Source: Octopus vulgaris
Taxonomy: Eukaryota
Reading direction: 5' to 3'
Assembly (NCBI GenBank): GCA_951406725.2
Contig: OX597838.1
Span: 19,406,001 to 19,470,000 of the forward strand
Length of the DNA: 64,000 nucleotides
Under the pieces are notes generated by a model, which did not search any database, had not been told where the DNA came from, and worked only from the letters and a program-made list of their open reading frames with translations. Positions 50,835 to 64,000 of the stretch are shown here, one piece after another. Every line of letters starts with the position of its first letter. The first letter of the stretch is position 1. The position numbers and the translations under genes were made by a program.

Positions 50835-50915
50835 CCATGCTGATGAGGAAAATGGTTGGTAAAGTATAATTCTATATTCTTTATTCCAATCTAATTCCGA
50901 AACGCGCGTTCATGG
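50835..50915 (+). ncRNA. Type I hammerhead ribozyme motif, canonical core
   Basis: CCATG-CTGATGA-GGAA...TTCC-GAA-ACGCGCGT-T-CATGG: helix I 5 bp, long helix II, palindromic helix III, GUU site. Confidence 0.85.
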
Positions 50916-51091
50916 ATGACAAGATATTGATTGATTTTCGTTGCTTTCCTCTGCCTGTGTGGATTGTTTTCAAGTATTTTGGTTTCTCTGGGAGTCCCTT
51001 TTTAAAGTAGAAGAAATAGCTAAGGTTTTGGCTGCTATTTCTAAACTTCGATATGTGGTAAAGCAAATCTTTGCTGAACCCTAATTATTAA

Positions 51092-51137
<46 letters not shown>

Positions 51138-51306
51138 CTACCCTAATATTGATTTATATATATATATATATATATAGATATATATATATATATGCTCTGT
51201 GCGTTTTCATGATTTAAGAATATGTATACCATATCCTACTGAATTGTAAGAGATGATTAAAGAGTTGGTATCAGGAAGGGTATCCAGCCTTTAAACATTG
51301 CTTTAA

Positions 51307-51528
51307 CCCTTTAGTGTTCGCATTATTCTGCCAAAATTAATGCTTTTTTTATCCACATCGCCTTGAACTAATCAGACATCATCTTGTAGCTATGAGATTT
51401 TGATGAGGTAGCTGTTAATTTTTAAAATGATATTGTAGGGTCGGTGTGAGAGGCCAGATCTGGCCAGTTTGAACATAAAACAGGTAGAATACTTTTGGCT
51501 GGATATGGCCAGTTTAAATGCCAAAGGG
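51307..51528. mobile_element. piggyBac-like MITE
   Basis: TTAA|CCCTTT...AAAGGG|TTAA; second copy at 55030-55238. Confidence 0.8.
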
Positions 51529-51592
51529 TTAAAGTGCACCATCCAACATACAGCATGGAAAAGTGGGTTTAAAAAGATAATGATGATATATA

Positions 51593-52124
51593 CAAGGTCT
51601 GATCAACAAGTGTCAAAAAACATCACAGATGTGCATGCAGCTCTGAGGGGAAATTGTCGAATTACCATCCGTGAGTTAACAGGGGATGTGCAGATTAGTT
51701 ACGGTTCATTGAAGACTTGGATACGAGATGCATGTCAGCCAAGTTTGTGCCAAAACTGCTTTCAGATGACCAAAAAGACACTCGGGTTTCAGTTGCACAA
51801 GGTCTTCTTGATTGTGTTAAGAACAATGAAAACTTTTGGAAAACTTTGCGTAGGCTTCTGAGTAGGTATCATCGCCAAGCATCTGGAAAAATTCGATGCA
51901 GATTCTTTGCTCAGCCTTCTCTGCTATGGCCATTGCAACAATCACACACTACACACCTTCCTTCCAAGCACTGCTGCAAACAGTGGAAGTGAACTAGAAT
52001 GTCAAAACTTAGTGCACATGCATAGCAGAGTTCAAGGTCAAACTGTGCCAAGAGGCTACACTCTTTTGTGTGCTTAACCTTCATTACTATGGCAACAGTC
52101 TGGAAACTTATTGGTCAGACCATG
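51593..52124 (+). mobile_element. Internally deleted mariner element
   Basis: TIRs CAAGGTCTGATCAACAAGT / ACTTATTGGTCAGACCATG flanked by TA; HTH RITIRELTGDVQISYGS and linker SAKFVPKLLSDDQK. Confidence 0.8.
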
Positions 52125-52126
52125 TA

Positions 52127-52522
52127 TACTCTTTTACTCTTTTACTTGTTTCAGTCATTTGACTGCGGCCATGCTGGAGCACCGCCTTTAATCGAGCAAC
52201 CCGACCCCGGGACTTATTCTTTGTAAGCCCAGTACTTATTCTATCGGTCTCTTTTGCCGAACTGCTAAATTACAGGGACGTAAACACACCAGCATCGGTT
52301 GTCAAGCAATTCTAGGGGGACAAACACAGACACACAAACATATACACACACACATATATATGCATATATACGACGGGCTTCTTTTAGTTTCCGTCTACCA
52401 AATCCACTCACAAGGCTTTGGTCGGCCCGAGGCTATAGTAGAAGACACTTGCCCAAGGTGCCACGCAGTGGGACTGAACCTGGAACCATGTGGTTGGTAA
52501 ACAAGCTACTTATCACACAGCC
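52127..52522 (-). mobile_element. SINE family A
   Basis: Match to consensus. Confidence 0.85.
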
Positions 52523-52858
52523 AATTTGTCTGGGTGTGAAAACTAGATGCTGAGGGCCAACAAGAGAGGTATGGTCCCAGCATTTAAGCACAAGAACCTT
52601 AAGAAAGCTGCTATGCTTATACATAGAGCACAAGGTAAACAACTTTGTCAAGCAGCAGCAATCCTTGATATGGATCCCTATTCAAAACCATTCTTCAGAG
52701 CAAAGTTACAGGAGGATATAGAAAATCCTTGGATAACATCAAGGACTAGATAGTTCTCAACATCACAGCCCTTTGGCATTTGAGGGAGGACAGGGACTAA
52801 AGTAGTGGCAACTCCAGCACTTGGGCTGCTCATGCTTAGCCCGAGTATAAATTTAGTA

Positions 52859-53004
52859 GGTGCAGGAGTGGCTTACCGACCACATGGTTCCGGGTTCAGT
52901 CCCACTGCGTGGCACCTTGGGCAAGTGTTTTCTACTATAGCCTAGGGCCGACCAAAGCCTTGTGATTGGATTTGGTAGACGGAAACTGAAAGAACCCCAT
53001 TGTA

Positions 53005-53065
<61 letters not shown>

Positions 53066-53278
53066 GTATGTGTGTGTATATGTTTGTGTGTCTGTGTTTG
53101 TCCCCCCTAACATCGCTTGAAAACTGATGGTAGTGTGTTTACGGTTCGGCAAAGAGACCGATAGAATAAGTACTAGGCTTACAAAGAATAAGTCATGAGG
53201 TCGATTTTCTCGATGAAAGGCGGTGTTCCAGCATGGCCGCAATCAAATGACTGAAACAAATAGAAGAGAGTAAAAGAG
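52859..53278 (+). mobile_element. SINE family A with small deletions
   Basis: Match to consensus. Confidence 0.8.
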
Positions 53279-53679
53279 ATGATAATAATAATTCTGCTGA
53301 AAGTGGTAATGGTAATGATGACAGTAGCACCCTTCTGTTTCAATGTATGAGTGTTTGAAGGAGAGGGTATTTTTTAAAAAAAAAAACTTTAAAAATAAAA
53401 GGAGCTGCATCTATTTGAGATGGATGTGTGAATGTAATTTGAGTCCAGGGATGGATTTTGCTATGTAACCACAAAGGGAACACTGGTGATTTTGATTTTT
53501 GCCTGGAATTGGGCAAAAAAATGTGTCTGTTGATTGCAGGATATAATTCTTTTATTGTTCTTCATCTTCAACTCAAATAGTTTTGGTGCATCATCATCAT
53601 CACATTTTGCACTTCATTTTGATAACAATAATAATAATAATAATAATAATAATAGTAATAATAATAATAATAATGATAA

Positions 53680-53895
53680 TCCTTTCTATTATAGGCACAA
53701 GGCGTGAAATTTCGGGGGAAGGGGGACAGTCTATTAGATTGACCCCAGTACACAACTGGTACTTAATTTATTGTCTCCAAAAGGATGAAAGGTAAAGTCG
53801 ACCTCTGCGGAATTTGAACTCAGAATGTACAGACGATCTAAATGCCACTAATCCTTTTGCCTGCCATGCTAATGATTCTGCCAGCTCGCTGCCTT
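53680..53895 (-). mobile_element. SINE family B
   Basis: Match to consensus. Confidence 0.75.
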
Positions 53896-53937
53896 ACTAC
53901 TACTACTAATAATAACAACAACACCAACAACAACATG

Positions 53938-55475
53938 GGTTCTAAGCACTTGAAAGACAGCTGAAAATTCGTGGATACCTAAGGTTACAGGTAATAACCC
54001 GCTACCCACTTAAATCCTACTAGGAATTAGAGCGAACCTGAGCCAAACCAAAACGATAATAATAAGCATGCATGTGGAGCCAAATCCTGAGTTTGGCTAA
54101 AAAAATGGAATTAAAAAAGGAAATAGAGAACCTAATTGTAGCAGCTCAAGATCAAGTGATAAATACTAACAACTTGAGAAAATATGAGTGTGGGGAGAAG
54201 GTATTAGAAAAATGTAGAGTGTGTGGAATTTGGAGTGGCACACATTGTTGCAGAATGTCCCAAGTTGGTACAAGGAGAATATAAGAAATGGAGGCATGAC
54301 CAAGTTGTGGAAGTTATACACTGGAAGCTTTATCAGAAATGGGGATTTGAAGTTAGAGGTACATGGTTTGACCATCAGGTTGAAAGAGTGTTGGAGTTGG
54401 AGAAATGCAAAATTTTGTGGGGTTTTCCTATCCAAATGGATAAGAAGCTAGAAAATAACAGACCAGGCATAATCTCTATATGTAAAGCTGAAGTTGTCTG
54501 TGTATGGTAGGTTTGGTAGCCTTCAACTGACACTATCTCCTCCGAGACCCTGTGGCGCAAGTTGACCAAAATTGAAAGTATGATAGAAGTAGGCTTGCTC
54601 TTCATTCTGTAGAAGATAAAATTCAAATTGGACCATGTTAAGACCAAAAATTATTTACATCAAAAAGGTGCTTTTTTTTCTATGAAAATCCCTATTTTTC
54701 CCAATTTTTTTTTACTGCTGTGTCGCTATTTTTCAGTGTATGAAAAATGTTCACTTAAAGAGAATAACAAGCTACATAATGCAAATTTTTTACTTTTCAA
54801 AAATTCCAATTCTAAAAGGTCAAAACAAACCCGAGCAATGCCAGGCGATACTGCTAGTAATAATAATAGACGAAGAAAAAACAAAACTGCTTATTAATTG
54901 ACCCATCATGTCTGTTTGATTTGAGGAAAGTGGATGAAAAACAAAAAAATATAATCCCTTAAAATTCAAAATTGCAAGAATTTGGATTATGGAAACTGTA
55001 AAGGTTGTACATTGAGAACTGTAAGTTAACCCTTTAGTGTTCGCATTATTCCGCCAAAATTAATCCTTTTTTATCCACATTGTTTTGAATTAATCATGTA
55101 GCTATGAGATTTTGATGAGGTTGCTGTTAATTTTTTAAACAATATTGTAGGGTTGGTGTGAGAGACCAGATAGGGCTAGTTTGAACATAAAACAGGTAAA
55201 ATATTTTTGGCCGGATATGGCCGGTTTAAATGCTAAAGATATAGACAAATGGTTGAATGAGATTGGAATAGAATGTCCCACATAGCTTCTACAGAAAATT
55301 TGCCTCTTGGAGACAGCAATGGTTATCTGGAGGGTTTTAAGCACTTGAAAGACTATTGATAGTTTGTGGATGTCTAAGGTTACAAGTAGTAACCTACTAT
55401 CCACATAAATTCACAGGATTAAGAATGAACTTGAGTCAAATCAACAGCAACAACAACAATAATAATAATAATAAT
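53938..55475 (+). mobile_element. R4/Dong-like (RLE) non-LTR retrotransposon 3' fragments, interrupted by other insertions
   Basis: AAQDQ..CRVCG..HIVAEC..YKKWRHDQV..ILW..NRP (54110-54480); C-terminus LQKICLLETAMVIWRVLST* (to about 55348); 3' UTR twice (53938-54065, 55349-55475), each ending in (AAT)n. Confidence 0.8.
55030..55238. mobile_element. piggyBac-like MITE (right end damaged)
   Basis: Homologous to 51307-51528. Confidence 0.75.
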
Positions 55476-55924
55476 CCTTTCTACTATAGACACAAGGTCT
55501 GAAATTTTGTGGGAGGGGACTAGTTGATTACATTGACCTCAATGTTTAACTGGGACTTAATTTATCGACCCCTAAAAGGATGAAAAGCAAAGTCGAATGA
55601 CATAGGAGGGTAGGTCTGAGAGGCCAGATCTGGCCAGTTGGTTCCTATTTTACTCTATTGGACCCTCATAGACATTCAATGTTTTGAAAAATCCTATTAT
55701 ATATTTTTATTTGGGTGGACCCCAGGGACTCCTTCTAAAATTCCTATTTTGGTTACTGCACATTCCCTTGTGTATGCCTAACTATGTAAAAGAGTCTGGG
55801 TATGGATTTTGCTATGAAGTTGCAATGGGGACACTGATGATTTTGATTTCGCCTGGGATTGGGCAAATGTGTCTGTTGACTGCAGGATATAATTAATTTT
55901 TTGTTCTTCTTCTATCACCACCAT

Positions 55925-56670
55925 CTTCATCATCGTTCAACATCTGCTTTCCATGCTGGCATGGGTTGGATGGTCTGACGGAGAACTGGCAAGCTAGGAG
56001 GCTGCACCAAGCTCCAGTCTGATTTGGCAAGGTTTCTGCAGCTGGATGCCCTTCCTAATACCAACCTCACTGAAAGTGTCGCAGGTGCTTTTACCTTCCA
56101 TTGGCACGGGAGCCAGTCAGGTGACACTGGAATCGGCCACACTTGCTTTAAATACATCTACATGAACAACATGTAGATAAGTGCAGGCATGGCTGCTTCT
56201 CAACCACATGGTCCAAACTTAAATCTCTCTGCATGGTACGTAGGGCACGTGTCTTCTACTGTAGTCTCGGGCCAAACAAAGTCTTCATCCTCATCCTCAT
56301 CATTATCACTATTTGATGTCTGTTTTCCCTGCTAGCATGGGTTGGCTGGTTTGACTAGAGCTGGTAAGGTCAGGAGCCATACCAGGCTGATACACTGGTA
56401 TGAGCCACACTTACCTTAAATACATCATCATCATCATCATCGTTTAACGTCCACTTTCCATGCTAGCATGGGTTGGACGGTTCAACTGGGGTCTGGGAAG
56501 CCAGGAGGCTGCACCAGGGTCCAGTCTGATCTAGCAGTGTTTCTACAGCTGGATGCCCTTCATAACGCCAACCACTCCGTGAGTGTAGTGGGTGCCTTTT
56601 ATGTGCCACCGGCACAAGTGCCAGACAAGGCTGGCAAACGGCCACGATTGGATAGTGCTTTTTACGTGCC
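55925..56670 (-). mobile_element. Several SINE family C copies and fragments
   Basis: Family C domain at about 56040 and 56550. Confidence 0.7.
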
Positions 56671-57209
56671 ACATCTAAAGCAAAACTATTCCAGAGACCC
56701 ATAAAATATCACTGTGGACCCAATGTACTATTTTGCTTGTGTGAACTCCTAAAAATCTTATGTGGGCTCTCAGGGGGTCATTTGGACCTAGGTTGAGAAC
56801 CATCAGTCACACTCGAATGGTGCATTTTACATGCCACCAGTGCAGGTTCCAGTCAGGCAGCACTGGCATAACATCGCTTGACAACCGATGCTGGTGTGTT
56901 TACGTCCCCGTAACTTGATGATTTGGCAAAAGAGACTGATAGAATAAGTACTAGTCTTACAAAGAATAAGTCCTGGGGTCAATTTGGTTCGACTAAAGGT
57001 GGTGATCCAGCATGGCCACAGTCAAATGACTAAAACAAGTAAAAGAGTAAAATAGTAAAAGAGAGTAAGTAACAAGATAAAAGACCAGTCTGACCTACAT
57101 TTTGGAATGTAATGGGTGAAACAAAACGACATGCTTGTTAAATGACTTAAAATTGGAGCTCATCCGCTTTTGGAAAGAGGTTGAGCTTAAAAAACATGTT
57201 ATATTGTTG

Positions 57210-57480
57210 TCTGTCAGGAGAATAACACTAGAGACTTAGGAGTAATTACTGACAACAACCTCAATTGGAAATCCCACATCAACAATAAAATCAATGTGGC
57301 CGACAAGATAAGCTTTTGGATCCTTATAACTTTCCAGTCCAGAAATCCAGATGTTAAAAATATTTTTATATTTTCTACTTGTTCACAGTCCTAGCTGGAG
57401 TATTATTGGTTGATGTGATCCTTTGGGGTCTCCCCATATCAAACAAAATGTTTATGAAAATGGAGGTAGCTCAGGGAACA
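57210..57480 (+). pseudogene. Decayed CR1/L2-like reverse transcriptase fragment
   Basis: RDLGVITDNNLNWKSHINNKINVA...ILITFQSR and a downstream LEY motif. Confidence 0.65.
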
Positions 57481-57650
57481 ATTATAAAATATATAAAAAT
57501 GAATAAATAAAAATAAAATAAAATATTAAAGAAAGGATCATCTCAAAGTGCTCAGACCCTATTTTCTCCATAATCTAATGAGACAATAATTTGATTGGTA
57601 GAAACTCAAAAAAAGCCTGATATGTATGTGAGTGTGTGTGTGTGTGTATT

Positions 57651-57679
<29 letters not shown>

Positions 57680-57684
<5 letters not shown>

Positions 57685-58016
57685 CCCCCTTCAGTCATGA
57701 CTGACCGCGAGATTGCACCTAGAAAGTTACCCTCCCAGGCACAAGTCTGGGCAAGGTTGTTTATGGATGACCAGCAGTCGCCCATGCATACCGACCTCCC
57801 CTCTCCATGCCACCAGTGTTATCCAAGGGAAAGGCAAAGGCCGATACAGCTTGGCACCTGTGAGGTCGCAACTTATTTCTACAGGTGAGTGAACTGGAGC
57901 AACATGAAATAAAGTGTCTTGCTCAAGAACACAACACACAACCCGGTCCAGGATTCGAACTCACAACCTCACGATCGTAAGCTCTACGCTCTAATCACTG
58001 AACCATGCGCCTTCAC
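57680..58016 (-). mobile_element. SINE family E
   Basis: tRNA head GTGAAGGCGCATGGTTCAGTGATTAGAGCG on minus. Confidence 0.75.
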
Positions 58017-58033
58017 AATAAATATATATATAT

Positions 58034-58083
<50 letters not shown>

Positions 58084-58149
58084 AATGATGATGATGATAA
58101 TAATGATGATAATGATATGATGATGATGATGATGATGATGATGACTGTA

Positions 58150-58400
58150 GATATTATCCAACCAGCTTGTTCTTGGTCTTTTGGTGGTTTGGCTTGACTT
58201 GAGTTTGTCTTGCAATTCTTTCCTGTGATATTCCAATCACACGTTCGTAGTACTGGAGCTTCTGTGACCATTCAGGATGGAGAAGCAGTAGTGGCTTGAC
58301 CGAAGAAACCCGTTGATCTCTGAGCCACGTACTCTATTGAATAATGTTACCCAAAGATCCTTGAGAGGAATCCCATTTTAACCACTTGTATTCAAAATTG
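58150..58400 (-). pseudogene. Possible decayed RTE-like LINE C-terminus
   Basis: FFGQ...KRPRTSWLDNI resembles the RTE C-terminal motif. Confidence 0.4.
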
Positions 58401-58613
58401 TGCTCTTTCGGTCATTATCCGGCATTGATGACTGTTGATGCGGATAAGCATGGAAACTGAATCAAAGACACAAATTGTTTCCTTAATAAATGCAATATCT
58501 AAGAAGCACAAGTGGTAGTTTATGCATGCAAAGTCATGTATTGAAACAGATATTGTTGTATTTCAGGATGGGTATTTATTTTTTTCTATGCCAAGTAAAC
58601 ACACGCACTATAT

Positions 58614-59024
58614 TACTCTTTTACTCTTTTACTTGTTTCAGTCATTTGACTGTGGCCATACTGGAGCACCACCTTTAGTCGAGGAAATCGACCCCCAGGA
58701 CTTATTCTTTGTAAGCCTCATACTTATTCAATCGGTCTCTTTTGCCAAACCGCTAAGTTATGGGGACATAAACACACCAGCATCAGTTGTCAAGCGATGT
58801 TGGGGGACAAACACAGACACACACACACACACACACACAATTACATATATATACATATATATGATAGGCTTCTTTCAGTTTCCATCTACCAAATCTACTC
58901 ACAAGGCTTTGGTTGGCCTGAGGCTATAGTAGAAGACACTTGTCCAAGGTGCCACGCAGTGGGAATGAACCCGGAACCATGTGGTTGGTAAGCAAGCTAC
59001 TTACCACACAGCCACTCCTGCGCC
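58614..59024 (-). mobile_element. SINE family A
   Basis: Full-length match. Confidence 0.85.
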
Positions 59025-59499
59025 TATATATATATAGGTAAGTATACACACAATCTTTTATTGGTATCCCAACATGGACCATGACCATGGACATGCTGGG
59101 GCACCACCTTGGAAAGCTTAGGTGAACAGATCAACACCCATTACTTATTTTTTAATTTTAAAATCCGGTCCTTATTCTTTCGATCTCTTTTGCTGAAATC
59201 CTTGATTATGTAGATGTAAACAAACCAATACTGGTTGTCAAGCAGGGGGAGCAAAAACACAAACACATACATATGTACACACACACACACAAACATATAT
59301 ACATACACTTTTTATTTCATTGTCAGAAGTTATTAAGTGGTTCAAAGTTCAAGAGTTTCCCGCATTGACATACACACATATGTATACATACATATATATA
59401 AATATATATATACATACATACATACATATATATATACATACATACATACATACATATACATACATATATAACGTCAAAATAAAAATCAAATGGAAATTG

Positions 59500-59680
59500 T
59501 AGTTGTGATACCCGTGCTGGTGGCACATAAAAAGTACCCACTACACTCACAGAGTGGTTGGCGTAAGGAAGGGCATCCAGCTGTAGAAACACTGCCAGAT
59601 CAGACTGGAGCTTGGTGCAGACCTCGGTTGAACCGTCCAACCCATGCTAGCATGGAAAACGGACGTTAAACGATGATGAT
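59500..59680 (+). mobile_element. SINE family C (3' part)
   Basis: Family C domain and GAT tail. Confidence 0.75.
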
Positions 59681-59716
59681 AATAATAATGATGATATATA
59701 AATATATATATATATA

Positions 59717-59769
<53 letters not shown>

Positions 59770-59894
59770 TATACATTTATATATATATAATCACATACAC
59801 ACATATATACATACACATATATATATACATACCTATATATGTATACACACACAGACACAAATATATATATTGTGTGTGTATATAAGCATATGTA

Positions 59895-59933
<39 letters not shown>

Positions 59934-60183
59934 CACACACACACAGACAAATATATATATTATATTGGAAAATATGTTATGACCATTATTTTTAACTTGT
60001 TTTTTTATATTTTATATTATATATGTATGTGTATTTATGCATATGTAATTGTATGTATACACACACACACACACATACATTCATTTATATATATATCTAT
60101 ATCTATATATATCTATATCTATATATATTATATATATATATATATGTATATATATGTATATGTATATGTATATCTATATATAT

Positions 60184-60263
<80 letters not shown>

Positions 60264-60500
60264 CTTATTTATTATGTACATATAAACACTAATTTATATG
60301 TTTTCGTGTATGACCAAATGAAATGTATTCTGTGTCGATTTCGAAGAACGAGTATTTCAGTCGCTTGATCTACCAGAGAACTACCAGAGAACTACCTGTT
60401 TATTGGAATCATACACAGAATAAAATGACTAAGCATTTCAAAGACACTTGTACACGGAATGTAATAATTCCTCTATCAGCTCAGCAAATACCAAACGCAC

Positions 60501-60632
60501 ACATTCACAGATACATACACACACATTCACAGATACATACACACACATTCACAGATACATACACACACATTCACAGATACATACACACACATTCACAGAT
60601 ACATACACACACATTCACAGATACATACACAC
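60501..60632. repeat. 22-bp minisatellite x6 (ACATTCACAGATACATACACAC)
   Basis: Units start at 60501, 60523, 60545, 60567, 60589, 60611. Confidence 0.9.
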
Positions 60633-61165
60633 ACACACACACATGTCGTAAGTAGCACATCTATCATCAGAAATGTATGTATATGTATATATACATACTC
60701 CGTATAGATAGAAACTACAGAGAAACGCAAATACATATATATATTTATGTGTTTGTGTGTGTACGAGCTATACATACAAACATATATATTCATACACCCA
60801 TATGCATGTACACGCAAAGACATCTTTACAGATGCATGTTCTTCAACATGGAAAAGCAGCAGCACACACACACACACACACACATACACACACGCATACA
60901 CACATGCACATACACACTCAGAAACAAACACATACACACAGAATAAGAGAAACACACATGTACAATGACACACATATATTTATGCGAAGACATACAACGA
61001 CACCAGTGCACCTGACCTGAACAGAAGCATATTAAGCATTTTCCTCTGTTAGCTGCACAAAGAGCGAGGGGGAGGGATAGAGGGGAGGGAGAGAGAGAGG
61101 GGGAGGAAGTGACACCGAGAGGGGAAGTGAGAGTGACATATAGATCAATAGTTCGCTTGATAAAC

Positions 61166-61205
<40 letters not shown>

Positions 61206-61497
61206 GTTGATGGGTAGACAGATAGATAGATACGTAGGTTGATATATAGATAGATAGACAGATAGATAGATAGATATATAGAGAGATAGACAGATATAGA
61301 TGGATGGATGGATGGATGGATGGATAGACAGATAGATAGATGGATAGATAGATAGATGGATGGATAGATAGATACGTAGGTTGATAGATAGAAATGTAGG
61401 TAAGTAGATAAATAGATAAACAGATAGATAAGTAGGTAGATAGGTAATCTATTGATAAATAGATAGGTAGATAGGTAGATACATGGATAAATATATG

Positions 61498-61583
<86 letters not shown>

Positions 61584-61585
61584 AA

Positions 61586-61653
<68 letters not shown>

Positions 61654-61860
61654 ACAGACAGGCAGGGAGGCAAGTCGATAGATTGCTAGATAGAAAGAAC
61701 AGATAGAGCAAGATAGAATATATTTGATAGCCACATACATGTATGTATGTATGTATGTATGTATGTATGTACGTATGTATGTACGTATGTATGTGTGTGT
61801 CTGTGTATGTTGGTAGGTATATGTATATATATATATATATATGGATGGATGGACGGATGA
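61166..61860. repeat. Compound (GATA)n/(TA)n/(GA)n/(TATG)n microsatellite block
   Basis: Direct inspection; mirror (TATC)n block at 62465-62725. Confidence 0.9.
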
Positions 61861-62486
61861 ATGCACGAATGGATTTTCTCTTCTTCGTGAAAAGAGATGA
61901 GCTTCGGTCTTCACTGCAAAAATGCTTGGGCAGCATTCACAATCGGCATATCAATATTTAAGTAATTTTACTTTCATGCCAACAAATGCAATTTTGGAAT
62001 ACGCAGACATCAACCAGTCGAATGGGATAAAACGAGAGGGAGATAGAGAGACAGAAGAAAGAGAGAGAAAGAGAGGGAAGAAAGAAAAAGAGATAGAAGA
62101 AAGAGAGAACGAAAGAGAGAAAGAGAGAGATATATACACAAAACAATAAACTCCTGTTTTTTTTTGTTTTTTTCCCCAGGCCGGTATAAACAGAGATAAG
62201 GGTAGCAATACACACATTTATCACGATAGGTTTACGCTCTGCTTTCTTCCGACTAAATTCTTCCCGAGAACTTTATTGGTCAAACACAAAAGCAACAGTC
62301 GAAAACATTCTCACAACTTTCCGCACAGTGCGGTCGAACCCGGAACCACGTGTTTGCAAAAGCGAACCTCTTAACTACTGACAGACTGACTGCTCAATAC
62401 GTTAAGTGTGTGTGTGTGTGTACATATATATATATATATACACACACATACATAAATATGCATGATCTACCTACCTACCTACTTAC

Positions 62487-62539
<53 letters not shown>

Positions 62540-62545
62540 CGTCTA

Positions 62546-62619
<74 letters not shown>

Positions 62620-63139
62620 CGTCTATCTATCTGTCTGTCTGTATATCTATCTATCTATCTATTCACATACATGTATGTATGTATGTATGTATGTATGTAT
62701 GTATTTATGTATCTATGTATATATATTGAACACACGCGCGCGCACACACACATACATATCTGCTTTTTCTTTTTGCTTTGCAACACCAAGACATTTAATG
62801 CTTCATGTATAAAATATGTCAAACCTGTCTCTGCGTGTGTCTATAGGAGCAATACCGACAAGAGTTTGTTTGTTGCTCACACAAACACACACACACACGC
62901 ACATCCAAACTTATTCACAGAAGCTAGCATTGACATATATATATATATATATATATCCACGCACACAGACACTCAAAACATCCGAGTATATCCATACACA
63001 CAACCATCCAAATACATATATATATATCCATATACATATGCAAACATCTAAACACACGCACACACAAATATCCAAGCATATCCACACACACACACACACA
63101 CACCATAAGAACTCTAAGTCAAATATAATGACCACCATG

Positions 63140-63715
63140 CATTCCAACCTCCTCCTCCTCTTACCTTCTCGGTCTCCCTCCTCCTTCCTCTCTCTTCTTT
63201 TGTGAATACCTCCCTCCCTCCAACCTCTCTCTCTCTCTCTCTTCCTTCCGAGAGCTCTTGTTTCCATATCTTTATCTGCAACTGCCTCATCCTCACCCTC
63301 TCCCTCTCAACTTCATTTCTTTCTCTCTCTCTCTCTCTCTCACTTTCTTTTACACTCCTTTCCCCTCTTGTCTCCTCCCTCCAAATATTGGTCTCCACCG
63401 CCATCGTACGTTTTCCTCCTCTGCGATCATTGTTTACATTATTTCTCTCTTTCTTTCTTTTTTTTTCTCTCTCTCTGCATCTATCTACCTACCTATCTAT
63501 CTATCTATCTATCTTTCCTCTCACCTTACCCCACTTCAGCAATCACTGCACACTCTACACCACCTCCTCTTCTTCAGTCACTACATTCAATATCTCTTCT
63601 TCTTTCTCTATCACGCTCTTTATCACTACTCTTTCTATCACTCCCTCCCTCCCTCACTCACTCTCTTCTCTCTCTCTCTCTCTCTCCTCACTTTATTCCT
63701 CTTCTTCACCACTTT
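63140..63715. repeat. Pyrimidine-rich (CT) low-complexity tract
   Basis: Direct inspection. Confidence 0.85.
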
Positions 63716-64000
63716 CAAACGGAGACAGACGTATATGCATACATTTTGAAACTGTTTTATGCACTAACGTTCCACACACACGTAAACACAGACACACATA
63801 CACACACACACATATATATATATATAATACACATAAACATACGCACACACACACATGCATTCACATACACGCACACACGAACATATCTATGTATCTGTTT
63901 CTCTCTTTCCCTCTTCCTCTTCCTCTCTCTCTCTATATATATATATATCTATATCTATATATAAATATATGTATTCTCACGCGCGAACACACACACACAC

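Noticed and set aside
60501-60632. Regular 22-bp repeats as a CRISPR-like array
   Set aside because: Head-to-tail with no spacers; eukaryotic minisatellite
59547-63964. Long ORFs (up to 362 aa) rich in YI/LS/HT
   Set aside because: Translations of di- and tetranucleotide microsatellites

Overview
This is AT-rich, repeat-dense animal genomic DNA. The SINE and microsatellite content suggests an octopus/coleoid cephalopod, which is an inference. It holds one clear host gene segment: a ~7.4-kb minus-strand exon (12211->4788) encoding the first ~2437 aa of a protein with ~18 dispersed C2H2 zinc fingers, preceded by three tiny uORFs. The rest is intron or intergenic DNA. It is filled with at least five tRNA-derived SINE families, MITEs (Tc1/mariner, pogo, hAT, piggyBac, Merlin/MULE-like), decayed mariner and hAT transposases, LINE 3' ends (RTE, R4/Dong, CR1-like) and microsatellites. 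Almost all short ORFs in the track are repeat or microsatellite artefacts. The most notable signal is a set of minimal type I hammerhead ribozyme (HHR) motifs with palindromic helix III, found by eye in short elements beside (TA)n/(AAT)n tracts. Several sit as back-to-back pairs in long inverted repeats, as in Penelope-like or retrozyme elements. They include one intact canonical motif (50835-50915) and one intact motif with a compensatory G3-C8 core swap (23425-23474). All calls were made by eye, and repeat boundaries are approximate.
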